Part shown: piece by piece, positions 31,348-44,500 of the stretch | How positions within the stretch are numbered: position 1 is the first letter of the stretch | Layout: every line of letters begins with the position of its first letter | Source of the DNA: Macrostomum hystrix | Lineage: Eukaryota > Animalia > Platyhelminthes | Reading direction: 5' to 3' | DNA: 64,000 nt | Assembly (NCBI GenBank): GCA_950097015.1 | Contig: CATNEN010000007.1 | Location: 12,338,001 to 12,402,000, forward strand | Made by a program: the position numbers and the translations under genes | Notes under the pieces: generated by a model | What the model was told of the DNA's origin: nothing | The model's database searches: none | Seen by the model: only the letters and a program-made list of their open reading frames with translations

Positions 31348-32268
31348 GTCTCTGACGCCTGAAGCGTTCGTTCAGTGGCAGATGAGTCTCTGACGCCTGA
31401 AGCGTTCGTTCAGTGGCAGATGAGTCTCTGACGCCTGAAGCGTTCGTTCAGTGGCAGATGAGTCTCTGACGCCTGAAGCGTTCGTTCAGTGGCAGATGAG
31501 TCTCTGACGCCTGAAGCGTTCATTCAGTGACAGATGAGTCTCTGACGCCTGAAGCGTTCGTTCAGTGGCAGATGAGTCTCTGACGCCTGAAGCGTTCGTT
31601 CAGTGACAGATGAGTTTCTGACGCCTGAAGCGTTCGTTCAGTGACAGATGAGTCTCTGACGCCGGAAGCGTTCATTCAGTGACAGATGAGTTTCTGACGC
31701 CTGAAGCGTTCGTTCAGTGACAGATGAGTTTCTGACGCCTGAAGCGTTCGTTCAGTGACAGATGAGTTTCTGACGCCTGAAGCGTTCGTTCAGTGACAGA
31801 TGAGTTTCTGACGCCTGAAGCGTTCGTTCAGTGACAGATGAGTTTCTGACGCCTGAAGCGTTCGTTCAGTGACAGATGAGTTTCTGACGCCTGAAGCGTT
31901 CGTTCAGTGACAGATGAGTTTCTGACGCCTGAAGCGTTCGTTCAGTGACAGATGAGTTTCTGACGCCTGAAGCGTTCGTTCAGTGACAGATGAGTCTCTG
32001 ACGCCGGAAGCGTTCATTCAGTGACAGATGAGTTTCTGACGCCTGAAGCGTTCGTTCAGTGGCAGATGAGTTTCTGACACCTGAAGCGTTCGTTCAGTGG
32101 CAGATGAGTTTCTGACGCCTGAAGCGTTCGTTCAGTGGCAGATGAGTTTCTGACGCCTGAAGCGTTCGTTCAGTGGCAGATGAGTCTCTGACGCCTGAAG
32201 CGTTCGTTCAGTGGCAGATGAGTTTCTGACGCCTGAAGCGTTCATTCAGTGATAGATGAGTCTCTGAC
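31348..32268. repeat. 38-bp minisatellite (gatgagtYtctgacgcctgaagcgttcgttcagtgRca)
   Basis: About 24 head-to-tail copies with no spacers. Confidence 0.96.
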
Positions 32269-32388
32269 TTACTTATCATCAATCGATTGAAAATCAGACT
32301 ATGGGCAAGTAGGGGCTTTCGAAAACTGTCAATGACATGCATTGTAAGTCTTTGTCAATAGCCTCAATGACAGGCATTGTGATATTTA

Positions 32389-32623
32389 TGACAGACAAAC
32401 CCCATGACAGCCATTGTTAATTGATGTCAATGACCGGCAAACCCCATGACAGGCATTGTTAATTGATGTCAATGACAGACAAACCCCATGACAGGCATTG
32501 TTAATTGATGTCAATGACAGACAAACCCTATGACAGGCATTGTTAATTGACGTCAATGACAGACAAACCCCATGGCAGGTATTGTTAATTGACGTCAATG
32601 ACAGACAAACCCCATGACAGGCA
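32389..32623. repeat. 42-bp minisatellite (atgacagacaaaccccatgacaggcattgttaattgatgtca)
   Basis: About 5.5 copies, 3' of the stomatin stop codon. Confidence 0.92.
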
Positions 32624-32758
32624 TCCTCGTCAATAACAGCCAACCCGAGACATCAAGTTCCATAAGGCAACGCAAACTGGCTTTCAGCAGCCAGATGCTC
32701 CCTAAGAGTGCATTGGGACTCCACACTTGCTCATCAGTCTGAGCAGGCCTCCGCGACG

Positions 32759-33938
32759 TCACTCCGTGCGGAAGTGCGCCAGGAACTCCATTGGCAGCGG
32801 GAAGATGATGGTGGAGTTCTTCTCCGCCGAGATTACATTCAGCGTGTGCAGGTAGCGCAGCTGCAGGGCGAATGGCGACTCCTGGATGACCAGCGCCGCA
32901 TCGCGCAGCGCCCGGCTGGCCTTCTTCTCGCCCTCGGCCATGATCACCTTGGCCCGGGCCTCCCTGGCCGCCTCCGCCTCCGCAGCCATCGCCCGCTGCA
33001 GCTGCACGGGCAGCCGGACGTCTTTAATCTCGACGCGCTCCACCTTGACACCCCAAGGATCCGTGGCCAGGTCTAGGCACTCCTGCATCATGCAGCTGAT
33101 CTCCTCGCGCTCCGACAGAATCTCCGACAAGTTCTTCGTGCCCAGCACGTTGCGCAGGGTGGTTTGCGCCAGCAGCCGCGTGGACCGGTCCGCGTCCTCC
33201 ACATTCGTCACACTGATCACCGGGCTGAAGATCCGGTAGTAGACCACCGCGTCCACAGCCACCGTCACCGAGTCCTTCGTCAGGACCTCCTGCGGCGGCA
33301 CATCGAAGGTAACGGTGCGCAGGTCCACGGTGCGGACGCTGTCACAGCAGGGAATCACAAAGAAGAGGCCGGGCCCCTTGCCCTGCTGGCCGCGCACGCG
33401 GCCTAGACGGAACACAACGGCGCGCTCGTACTCGGCCACCACGCGGAGGCAGAAGAACAGCGAGAACGGGACCGTCAGCGCGATAAGCACCAGGCTGCAG
33501 ATGTACAGGCAAGTGGAGCAGGTGCTGTCCGGAGTGGCTGCGGCCGACTGCCACGGATCATTGCCTGCTCCCTGAGACTGCTGCTGCTGCTGCGATGGTG
33601 ACGGTCCTGGCTTCAGGATGCCCTGTGGTGGCACCGGCGGCACCGGCGGCGACGGCGGCGACGACTCGTGCGCCCAGGCGACGGAGCGGCGCTGCCTCCG
33701 CTGGCGAGGTGGCAGCGGCTGCTGCGGGCTCAGTGGCGAATGTGATTCCTCATCATCTTCCACTGCGGGATGGCTGGAGCCCGGGTCCGACCTGCGGGCC
33801 GTCGAGTGCGAATAAGTTGGACAAAAACCGACAAGCTGACAAGCTCATAAACTCATAAACTCACTTCTCCGTTGAGACCAGCATCAGCGCCTGGGGCAGC
33901 GGTGCAGCGGACTCAAAGGCCGACAGGCTTGAGAACAT
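32759..33938 (-). CDS. Stomatin/band-7 (SPFH) family, MEC-2/stomatin-like; complement(join(32759..33791,33865..33938)), 368 aa
   Basis: Hydrophobic hairpin (LYICSLVLIALTVPFSLFFCL), then EYERAVVFRLGR, GPGLFFVIPCCD, DLRTVTFDVPPQEVLTKDSVTVAVDAVVYYR, AQTTLRNVLG, QRAMAAEAEAAREARAK, ALQLRYL and SAEKNSTIIFPLP. A 73-nt GTGAGT...CAG intron joins the upstream ATG exon in phase. Confidence 0.95.
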
Positions 33939-34569
33939 GGCCAGCACGAGGCTGCACTGAGACGCTCGGAGGTAATCGCGCGAGACAAGGGCGGCGGAGG
34001 CGGCGGGAGCAACGGCAGCCTCATTAATGTTGCATGCCCGAAGCCTCCGCTAAGCCCATTGGTCCGGTCTGTCAGGGGGTAGCCCAGCCTGTGAATGGCT
34101 TTTGGCGGTGAATTCCTGGGAATTCCTGGCGGCCTGCCCCCGCCCCGGGAAGCACCTTGCCTCCCCGGCCTCCCCTCGGGGAAGCATTTTCATCAACAGC
34201 ATTTTCGCGATCCGCCTCCCCATGCTGCTAATCGGCCGGAGACTGGAATAAGCCCGCCAGTAATGCGCGAGTAATGCGGCGCTGCTCTTATCGCTGCCCT
34301 CTGTCTCTCATGCCAGCCTGACAGATCGATGGGCTCCATTTGCAGCAGAGGCTGCCGAGCAATGCAATAGTTCCATTCCGTGTCGAGTACTCCCGAGCCT
34401 GTGGGCTGGAACTGCCGACTTCAATACGCTGATCCGCTCTCCGCTTAAACATTTTCTTGTGCTAGAAATATCCGTGTCTCATCACTCCATCTTCCTGTCT
34501 GTAATCAGCTAGATCAAATCTTAATTGCTCACCTCTATCTTATCTGCTCCTTGCTCTCTCCCGTCTATC

Positions 34570-35220
34570 TCCTCTCCTCTCCTCTCCTCTCCTCTCCTCT
34601 CCTCTCCTCTCCTCTCATCTCCCTTCCTCTCCTCTCCTCTCCTCTCCTCTCCTCTCCTCTCCTCTCCTCTCCTCTCCTCTCCTCTCCCTTTCTCTCCTCT
34701 CCCTTCCTCTCCCGTCTATCTCCTCTCCTCTCCTCTCCTCTCCTCTCCTCTACTCTCCTCTCCACTCCTCTCCTCTCCTCTCCTCTCCTCTCCTCTACTC
34801 TACTCTACTCTCCTCTCCTCTCCTCTCCTCTCCTCTCCTCTCCCTTCCTCTCCTCTCCCTTCCTCTCCTCTCCTCTCCTCTCCTCTCTTCTCCTCTCCTC
34901 TCCACTCCTCTCCACTCCTCTCCTCTCCTCTCCTCTCCCTTCCTCTCCTCTCCTCTCCTCTCGTCTCCTCTCCTCTCCTCTCTTCTCCTCTCCTCTCCTC
35001 TCCCTTCCTCTCCTCTCCCTTCCTCTCCTCTCCTCTCCTCTCCTCTCCTCTCTTCTCCTCTCCTCTCCACTCCTCTCCTCTCCTCTCCTCTCCCTTCCTC
35101 TCCTCTCCTCTCCTCTCCTCTCCTCTCTTCTCCTCTCCTCTCCACTCCTCTCCTCTCCTCTCCTCTCCCTTCCTCTCCTCTCCTCTCCTCTCGTCTCCTC
35201 TCCATTTCCTCTCCTCTTCT
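34570..35220. repeat. (CCTCT)n pentanucleotide microsatellite
   Basis: Direct inspection. Confidence 0.97.
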
Positions 35221-35241
35221 CTGTCTAATTGAAGTGACAAT

Positions 35242-36244
35242 GAGCCTTGAGCAGCCTTGAGCCTTGAGCCTTGAGCAGCCTTGAGCCTTGAGCAGCCTTG
35301 AGCCTTGAGCAGCCTTGAGCCTTGAGCAGCCTTGAGCAGCCTTGAGCCTTGAGCAGCCTTGAGCAGCCTTGAGCAGCCTTGAGCCTTGAGCAGCCTTGAG
35401 CAGCCTTCAGCAGCCTTGAGCCTTGAGCAGCCTTGAGCAGCCTTGAGCCTTGAGCAGCCTTGAGCCTTGAGCAGCCTTGAGCAGCCTTGAGCCTTGAGCA
35501 GCCTTGAGCAGCCTTGAGCAGCCTTGAGCCTTGAGCAGCCTTCAGCAGCCTTGAGCCTTGAGCAGCCTTCAGCAGCCTTGAGCCTTGAGCAGCCTTGAGC
35601 AGCCTTGAGCCTTGAGCAGCCTTGAGCCTTGAGCAGCCTTGAGCAGCCTTGAGCCTTGAGCAGCCTTGAGCAGCCTTGAGCAGCCTTGAGCCTTGAGCAG
35701 CCTTGAGCAGCCTTCAGCAGCCTTGAGCCTTGAGCAGCCTTCAGCAGCCTTGAGCCTTGAGCAGCCTTGAGCAGCCTTGAGCCTTGAGCAGCCTTGAGCA
35801 GCCTTGAGCCTTGAGCAGCCTTGAGCAGCCTTGAGCCTTGAGCAGCCTTGAGCCTTGAGCAGCCTTGAGCCTTGAGCAGCCTTGAGCAGCCTTGAGCCTT
35901 GAGCAGCCTTGAGCAGCCTTGAGCAGCCTTGAGCCTTGAGCAGCCTTGAGCAGCCTTCAGCAGCCTTGAGCCTTGAGCAGCCTTGAGCAGCCTTGAGCCT
36001 TGAGCAGCCTTGAGCCTTGAGCAGCCTTGAGCAGCCTTGAGCCTTGAGCAGCCTTGAGCAGCCTTGAGCAGCCTTGAGCCTTGAGCAGCCTTCAGCAGCC
36101 TTGAGCCTTGAGCAGCCTTCAGCAGCCTTGAGCCTTGAGCAGCCTTGAGCAGCCTTGAGCCTTGAGCAGCCTTGAGCCTTGAGCAGCCTTGAGCAGCCTT
36201 GAGCCTTGAGCAGCCTTGAGCAGCCTTGAGCCTTGAGCAGCCTT
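35242..36244. repeat. Compound array of 7-bp (gagcctt) and 10-bp (gagcagcctt) units
   Basis: Direct inspection. Confidence 0.97.
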
Positions 36245-37100
36245 GTTGAGCGTGGGTGTTCCCAGTGAAGCCGGGCACAGTGCATTGTGCCACAGCGGGC
36301 ATGCGGGCATTGTCAAATCATTTGCAGCCATGCGATGAAACCGGTTCCGGATGCAACAAGTGAGCATTTTTAGCAGAATTTGATTTACAAAAGCCGAAGC
36401 GGATCTGTCATCATCCTCCACCCACCGGCGACACAATGCGGCAGAGACAGCCGCTTTTCGTCTATTTTGCATCGATGCGCCCTCACAATGGGGAGGGTGC
36501 GGTGGGTGGGGTGGTGGCCCCAGCAACAGTCGATCGATCCGCTGGCATGGCTGACGATTCCGATGGAAACTGCTCAGCTTATCTCAAAGCTGAGTTAAGC
36601 TGGCGAGCTGTCTCCCACTCACAGATCCTGATCTGTGATAGCTGAGCCTGTGCTACTGCAAACACAGCTGGGTTTGCCACTGTTCTCTGGGTTGCTAAGC
36701 ACAACAGGAGCCCGTGTGGCAGGCAGGCTGTAGGACCAGCTGCAGTCAGGCTGAGAATGCCACTGAGACCAATTCTTTGTTTCAATTTTGCCAACTGATT
36801 AATCAGGCCACAGTGACTGGCCCGCCACCAAATACCTGCCTATCCACCTGCGGCCCGCAGCTGCTAGAATAGACAGAAAACTACACCTGACTCGGAGTGA
36901 AGCAGTGGACTGCGATAAATCCCAAACGCAGCGCTAATCCCAGTTTATGGCCCCGCGACTACTTGGCCAGGTCACACCTCCCACCTAAAAATCACGGAAC
37001 AGGGAAAGGGCTGCAGCTGCGACTTCTGTGCCGAAATTCAGCCATGCATTTCTAGGAGGCCAAAGTTCAGAAATACATGAAGCCTTACATGGGGTAGCAA

Positions 37101-37890
37101 GAGTGAGGGTGAGAGTGAGGGTGAGGGTGAGAGTGAGGGTGAGAGTGAGAGTGAGGGTGAGAGTGAGAGTGAGGGTAAGAGTGAGGGTGAGAGTGAGGGT
37201 GAGAGTGAGGGTGAGGGTGAGAGTGAGGGTGAGAGTGAGAGTGAGGGTAAGAGTGAGGGTGAGAGTGAGGGTGAGAGTGAGGGTGAGAGTGAGGGTGAGG
37301 GTGAGAGTGAGAGTGAGGGTGAGAGTGAGGGTGAGGGTGAGAGTGAGAGTGAGGGTGAGAGTGAGAGTGAGGGTAAGAGTGAGGGTGAGAGTGAGGGTGA
37401 GAGTGAGGGTGAGGGTGAGAGTGAGGGTGAGTGTGAGAGTGAGGGTGAGAGTGAGGGTGAGAGTGAGGGTGAGAGTGAGGGTGAGAGTGAGGGTGAGAGT
37501 GAGGGTGAGGGTGAGAGTGAGAGTGAGGGTGAGAGTGAGGGTGAGAGTGAGGGTGAGGGTGAGGGTGAGAGTGAGGGTGAGAGTGAGGGTGAGAGTGAGG
37601 GTGAAAGTGAGGGTGAGAGTGAGGGTGAAAGTGAGGGTGAGAGTGAGGGTGAGAGTGAGCGTGAGAGTGAGGGTGACAGTGAGAGTGACAGTGTGAGTGA
37701 CAGTGAGAGTGAGAGTGACAGTGAGAGTGAGAGTGACAGTGTGAGAGACAGTGAGAGTGAGAGTGACGGTGAGAGTGACAGTGAGAGTGACAGTGAGAGT
37801 GACAGTGACAGTGAGAGTGACGGTGAGAGTGACAGTGAGAGTGACGGTGAGAGTGACGGTGAGAGTGACAGTGAGAGTGAGAGAGAGAGA
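37101..37890. repeat. (GAGTGA/GGGTGA)n hexamer array grading into GACAGT variants
   Basis: Direct inspection. Confidence 0.96.
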
Positions 37891-38443
37891 GCGGCCAGAG
37901 AGTGGTTAAGCAAGAGTGAGTGTGAGCAGTTGCATTAGTTGCAGGATAAAAGGGATAAATTGGGGCTAAATGAGCATGCAGTCGGGTCGGTGGGGAAAGT
38001 GTTCGGTCCCTCATTGGGCAGCTCCTGTATGTCAGGGACGTAATTGTTTTCTTAAATATTTCAGTGAATTCAGGGTCCTGAGGCCCTGCAAATGTGGGCC
38101 GGGCTTCAAATATTTTATGACCAGAGAGAAGAAAATTGCTTTCCAGCTGCTCGGCTGTCGCGACATTCGCGCAAAACAAATTGAAGCGTCCGGCGGCGCC
38201 TGCCTAAGTGGCAGCGTGTTCTGGCTAAGTCTTGGCCTCCTCGGCAGTGGACAGTCAAATGAATTGCTGCGAGATACCTCCGCATTGCCGTCTGCTTTTT
38301 GGGACAGAGACAATAACGGAGCCGCGAATTTGGGATTTTATAGCATGAAATTGCACGGAGTGAAAATCGCTTGCCCATCTCAAACCTCAAACTCATGTGG
38401 ATTTTCTCCCCCTAACCTCAAACTGCAGTCTCAGGACTCCGGA

Positions 38444-38940
38444 AGGATTCTCCCATCCAAACTGTTGCCCTGGGAGGATTCTCCCATCCAAACTGTTGCC
38501 CTGGGAGGATTCTCCCATCCAAACTGTTGCCCTGGGAGGATTCTCCCATCCAAACTGTTGCCCTGGGAGGATTCTCCCATCCAAACTGTTGCCCTGGGAG
38601 GATTCTCCCATCCAAACTGTTGCCCTGGGAGGATTCTCCCATCCAAACTGTTGCCCTGGGAGGATTCTCCCATCCAAACTGTTGCCCTGGGAGGATTCTC
38701 ACATCCAAACTGTTGCCCTGGGAGGATTCTCACATCCAAACTGTTGCCCTGGGAGGATTCTCACATCCAAACTGTTGCCCTGGGAGGATTCTCCCATCCA
38801 AACTGTTGCCCTGGGAGGATTCTCACATGCAAACTGTTGCCCTAGGAGGATTCTCCCATCCAAACTGTTGCCCTGGGAGGATTCTCCCATCCAAACTGTT
38901 GCCCTGGGAGGATTCTCACATCCAAACTGTTGCCCTGGGA
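38444..38940. repeat. 31-bp minisatellite (ggaggattctcccatccaaactgttgccctg)
   Basis: About 16 copies with an internal gggag-gatt-ctccc inverted repeat. Confidence 0.96.
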
Positions 38941-39849
38941 GAATTTTCTCCCCATAAATGCTGACCAGGAGGATTCTCGCCCCACCAAACTACCGTCAAG
39001 GGAGGATTCTCCCCCAAACTGCTGTTACAACGAGTATTTTCCCTTAGGACTGCTCTCCCTAGTTCCATTCAGTCGGCACAATGACTAGCTGCAGATACCG
39101 AGTTATCGCACCAGAAGGCACTTATGATTTTGCAGTCCTAGGTGGGCAGCAGGTGGCTATTATTTGTTAGATTAATTTTATTATAGCACGCAGTTTGCAC
39201 CATTAAATCCCATGGCCCAGCGAGCCGTGATTAAAAGCAGCAATAAGTTGGCACAGGGCACAGTTCTGGGCAAGCATCGGCAGCCTCGCAGAGCAAGGTC
39301 CAATTATTTTTCATCTCAGCCGGCAGTCGGCAGGGAGGTGCGGCCATCTTTAGCGCATTCTTCATGGCGATGGCCAAACGGGAGGGCTTTGCCATAAGCC
39401 GCGGGGCGACGTCCACGCCTGGCAAAGGAAATGAGGCCGGGCTTGGTTTTGGCGGAGCCTGGAAGACAGCGGAGGGAGGAGCCAGGCGGGGCTGCTGGTG
39501 GCCGGATTAAAGGCTGCGAGATGCCACGGGCTGATGAGAAAAATGATCCAGCCCCAGTTTGAGCAGTCGCGGGATCTGGGTTTTAAGTATGAGCAACCTC
39601 AGGGAGCACTCAATCATGCTGGCGCCTGTTGCTTCCCAGGGAGTTGTGACCCCGGAGTCTGGAAGGCTGAGGGATATCTAAACAGGCACTTATTCTTCAT
39701 TAGCTCCGCCTTTTGTTGACGCGGCTTGACGGGAAATGAACAGCGGCGCACTTGGTGGCAGCCGGACTGTTGGAGCTGGTTCTGAGCAGGGTTCACTAGA
39801 AACTTCACAGAGAATGAATAATGGATAGCAATTAAGCAGAGCAGGACTC

Positions 39850-41560
39850 GTTAATTGTATAACTTGCTGCATTTATCAAGTTTTGTACATCATTTTATTG
39901 ACCATCAGCTTTCTCACAGCGTAAATTGTATAGCCCAGGTCTATGACTCTTTTGGCATTGCAGTCAATGCACCACATAAGAAAACTGAGTGATCGGACAG
40001 AAGTAAAAATCGCTCATATAAATACAAGATACAAGGAAATGTATCGCTTATAGATGATACTACTTAAGTAGTCGTTAATAAAATGCACTTGATGCCTAAG
40101 ACGATTAAAAAGTTCGGCTGAATACAAATTATAGCCAAGGACTACTAAAGTAGTAACTATACTTAGTGGTCCTTGATTATAGATGGTACAAAAAGTACAC
40201 AAATTACATGTATTACACAATTTATCAATATTTATAATTTTAGTGTATTGCCGAACAGCAGAATAGTACCTACGACGAACAGCCTTTTTACAAAATTTAT
40301 ACATAAATATTCTGCAAATTTAGTCGCCCGAACCAATAACTTAATTATGAGCTTTTTACCTTTTTATGTATAAATTTGTATTTATATGGTTCGCGAATCT
40401 GTTTAGTTTTTATCTTATACAATCCGCAGTGACAAGTAAAACATAATTTATACATGTCATGTTTATTGTAGGGTAATTCTAGCCAGCCTTAACACGGGTG
40501 TTCTAGCTGCTGCGTAGAGATAGAGAAGTTATCACGACAAGTTGGTACACACAATACATTCGGTTGTAGCAAGAAGATTATTTGAAGCAAATCTTTAACC
40601 TCGTTAGGCTGCATTTAATAGTTTTATCTAATAACTAAAAGCAATCTGATACTGTAACAAAAATTTGTTTAATTACAAGCTGATATTGACACAAACGCTA
40701 AGGTACGGACGCGTTAACTAATTTCAAATTTCGCAAAATTTAGTCTTTTTTCATACGATCCAGTGCAATGCACACAGTTCAGAAGCCTTGTTCTGAAGGC
40801 ATAGCGTAGAATTATTAAATTTTATTTTACTTAGCTTTATTTATTTAATGTTTAGGAAAAATGGAGCACATTCTAGCTTTTTACGCAGTCTGATTTTTAA
40901 TGCATTTTGTGTTGCTAACTTGGTAAAAAAACTTTTGACAGTCTTTGAAGCTAAGTGCCTTTGTGAAAATTATGGTTTAAGTGCTATTGTTTAGAAGCTA
41001 AATATAAAAAAATATATTTTTGAATCAAGTAAAGGAAACATTCACTTAGGCTAAGAACAAGTTACTTGATATAGTTTTTTATGCTTATAGAAAGATATGT
41101 GAAACAAGTGTTTTTATAATTTGATTCGACTCTGTCCTTTCTACTCACAAAACAGTATATATTATAAAATTAGATTTTATGGAGCTTCAATCTTTTATTA
41201 GTTTGGTTTATTTCATTTAATGTAGAGAAAATGTTGTTAAATGTCCTAAGAACTGAATGTACGAATGTACTCGAGTATAAGAATAGTCCCGGGCGCGGCT
41301 TGTAGGTTGTTGTAAGTCGAATAAACAATAGTTCTATTACCTGAGTCACATTTTTTATGCTAAACTGTAGCTCTCTATTTAGCGGTTTATCCAAGTGCAA
41401 TTCAATCCTTTAAAATGTTTTGGATGAAAGAAAAAAATATGCACATTTCTATGTCCACTTTTGCTTTCTCGGAACTTCTTTACATGACATGAAATCTTGC
41501 TCAGATTGGACATTTTTTAAATTGAGTTCTCGTATTTTGCAGCCTGGACCAGCTTTCCAA
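39850..41560. promoter_or_regulatory. AT-rich island upstream of the giant gene (putative promoter region)
   Basis: Sharp drop in GC just upstream of the ATG at 41597, similar to the AMPK/NECAB intergenic region. Confidence 0.45.
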
Positions 41561-41596
41561 ATCCCATAGGAGAGTGACGGCCATTTTGCATTGCCC

Positions 41597-44500
41597 ATGG
41601 GATCCGCGCCATCGCAAGAGCAACGGCCGCCTGGGTCGAGTGACGCGGCTGGCGGCGGTGCCAGCAAAGACAGGGGCGGCAGGGCAGCGCCAGACGCGCA
41701 AAAGGCGAGCGCGGCGCCGACCCTGGCCTCGGAGGGCGGTGGCGCTGCCTCCACAAAGGCTGGTGGCCGCGTGGGGCCTTCGCTGATGGCGAAGCGACCG
41801 CAGCCGGAGAAGAGCCTGCTGAAGGAGCGGTTCAAGTGGAGAAAAGGTGCGAGGCTGTTGTTGAATTAGGGGGTTTATAACCCAAACACAATAAAATATA
41901 AGCCCTTGCGTTACTTGAGGATACTTGCTTTAATACTAAAAGAGCTCATTCTTCTTCATTCACAACCAAGACCCGACCGAGGTCGCCACAGTCAGCATCA
42001 GCCAGGCGGGCTTCTCCAAGACGCAGGTTAATGTCTGCGCTGGTCAGGTGAGCACATTGATTGCTCGATAGCAGTTCAATTTTCTGATATCTTTTATTTC
42101 CGCAGAAATTACAGAGGCAGAATGAAAGTTGCAGAAAACTCAAGTGGAGAATGTATAATTGATGTGTATTTTGTGGCCTCCTGGTCAAACAAAGAAACTT
42201 AGGTAGAAAGTTGCGAAACTCCGGTTAAATGGCTGGCAAGTCACATTGAGCAAGCGAGACGTTGGCGAATCTCTGTTCTCTCTGTTCGCCACGACCCGCA
42301 GTTCGTGGTGTTCGTCTGGGAGGCTGGCGAAGGCGCCGGCCAGGGCTACAACGTGACGCAGGTCGTGCACGACGGCGACCAGTTCCGGCCGGTGCCGGGC
42401 GGCATCCACTCCGGCGCGCTCTCTGCCAAGGGCAGCTTTGAGTACCAGTTCAACCTGCCTGGCGAGTACAAGTTTGTCAGCGCTGGCATCCGCTGCACCC
42501 CCCTGACTGTGACAGTTGGCGACAGGCGAGAGATCTTCGCCAAGCTGGAGGATGACGGGTTCGCGCCGCGAGTCCTGCACCTGGAGGTGGGCGAGAGCGT
42601 GAAGTGGAGCTGGACCCACTGCACCGTGCCGCACCTCGTGCAACAGGCTACCTACTGCGCGGTGCACGGCGGCCTCAAGAAGCTCGGCGTCGAGAAGTGA
42701 GCAGCCCCGAGCCAACTACTCACGGCCTCTCAAACCTGTGAAATTAGAGTCTGTACATATGCCAGCTCCAATCCCCCCAGCTATCCGCTCTGATCTACCC
42801 AGCTACCCGCTCTGATCTACCCAGCTACCCGCTCTGATCTACCCAGCTACCCGCTCTGATCTACCCAGCTATCCGCTCTCAGCGAGCCGTCAAAGCCGTC
42901 AAATGCTTGGCTCCGCTGCAGTCCTCCTTGCAGGAATGCCGTCAAGCCCTCTTCCAGCATGGCTGGCGCAGTCAAATCTCAGTGTCAGCAAACAAGGCAA
43001 ACTCTGTCTGATTTGGCATTTGGCAGGCCGCACCTTCTCTCCCTCCTCAGCCTCTCCCCAATTGTTCGATGCTCGCCAGCCGGCAGTTGGCATAATCCCG
43101 CAACTGCCGTCTCTATTGGCAACCATGGCGTGTGTCACTGGGCTGGCAAGTGTTTCACCAGCGGGCAAACATGCCTGGCTTGGTGTGTGTGGACTCGCCG
43201 GGTCGGTTGCCAGGGGCAACAGATTGGGATGCATTGGGGATCGCAGGGAGTGAGTCGACAGATGAAGGAGTAAGTGAGAGTTTGGGGCAGTGAGGCAGGC
43301 GCGGGCAGCCTGAATAATTAATATCTGCCAGGCTGCAATCGGCTTGAGCTCATCTTGAGCTCATCCTGAGCTGCGGCCCACTGCGAAGTCAGCGAGAGAG
43401 AGAGAGGGGGGAGTTTGAGTTCCACGGTCTCTGTAAAGAGCTCACTCGCACAGCAGTAGTATGCCGCGGATCTCAAGTGGCTGATTTCGGGTCCCCAGCG
43501 CTTTTGTTCTTGGCCGATTGGGTGAGTCATCCTGCATGCACTTTAAGCTGCTGGGTGGAGGTCCCTGGTCTGAAATCAGTGCTCACTAGTTCACGGCTTT
43601 CATTTCCCGGTTTTACTCCCTGTAAACAATTAATCCAGTCCATGCTACTCGTATATGTACTTTGACAGCAATGGAATTCTCCGCATTTCAGAGGCGAGAT
43701 CGCCACGCTGACAGGCAGCTACGTGCACTCCTTTAAGTAAGCAGCCCCGGACTGCCTGCCCATAGACTATTGTTAGCCACCTCAGTCCCTGATGCCATAT
43801 CGAATGTACTTTTAACCCCCGGCTCTGCGCCCCGCAGACACCCGGGCCTGTTCTACTTCATGGCCAGCGGCAACACTCCGGCTGAGTATCATCTGTGCAT
43901 TGTGCACGTGCACGACTCCTTTGGGTGAGTCCCCCATGCACTCACAGCTGTCAGGAAGCTGTCAGGAAGCTGTCAGGAAGCTGTCAGGAAGCTGCTTGGC
44001 TGAACAAGATTTGCCTGCTTAACAACTTCCTGAGCTGTCTGAGCACTGTCCGGCATGCCACTCTTCAACCTCTGTGCCTCAATTAAAGTCTTGCTTAAGC
44101 TTCCTTTCCTTTGTCCTGATCTCCTCCATATCACCTCCACTCTCACCCCACCTCTCACCTCCACTTCTCACCTCCACCACTCAGCTTCATCTCCTACCCC
44201 TGATTATAACAATAACTAAACCGAAACACTGTTCCGCCGCAGCGAGCACCGCGTAGAGATCACCGACCGCAGCTTCGAGCCGCCCATCCTGGTGATCAAC
44301 GCCGGCGACCGGGTCTGGTTTCAGTGGAGCAAGGCCGCCTGTCAGAAGAAACACAACCCATACGAGATCGCCTTGCCCGCCAGGGGCGCCCGCCGAGAGG
44401 AGTCTTTTAAGGTAACCCTACTCACTGACCCACCCAACTCACTGACCCACCCTACTCACTGACCCACCCTACTCACTGACCCACCCTACTCACTGACCCA

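Noticed and set aside
31348-32268. 38-bp repeats as a CRISPR array
   Set aside because: Units are head-to-tail with no unique spacers, there are no cas genes, and the context is eukaryotic. The same applies to the 31-, 33- and 42-bp arrays.
37101-37680. Interstitial telomere
   Set aside because: Units are GAGTGA/GGGTGA, not TTAGGG.
34525-38179. Ser/Leu/Pro, ERRGE, poly-RV and poly-HS/HP ORFs
   Set aside because: Translations of microsatellites.
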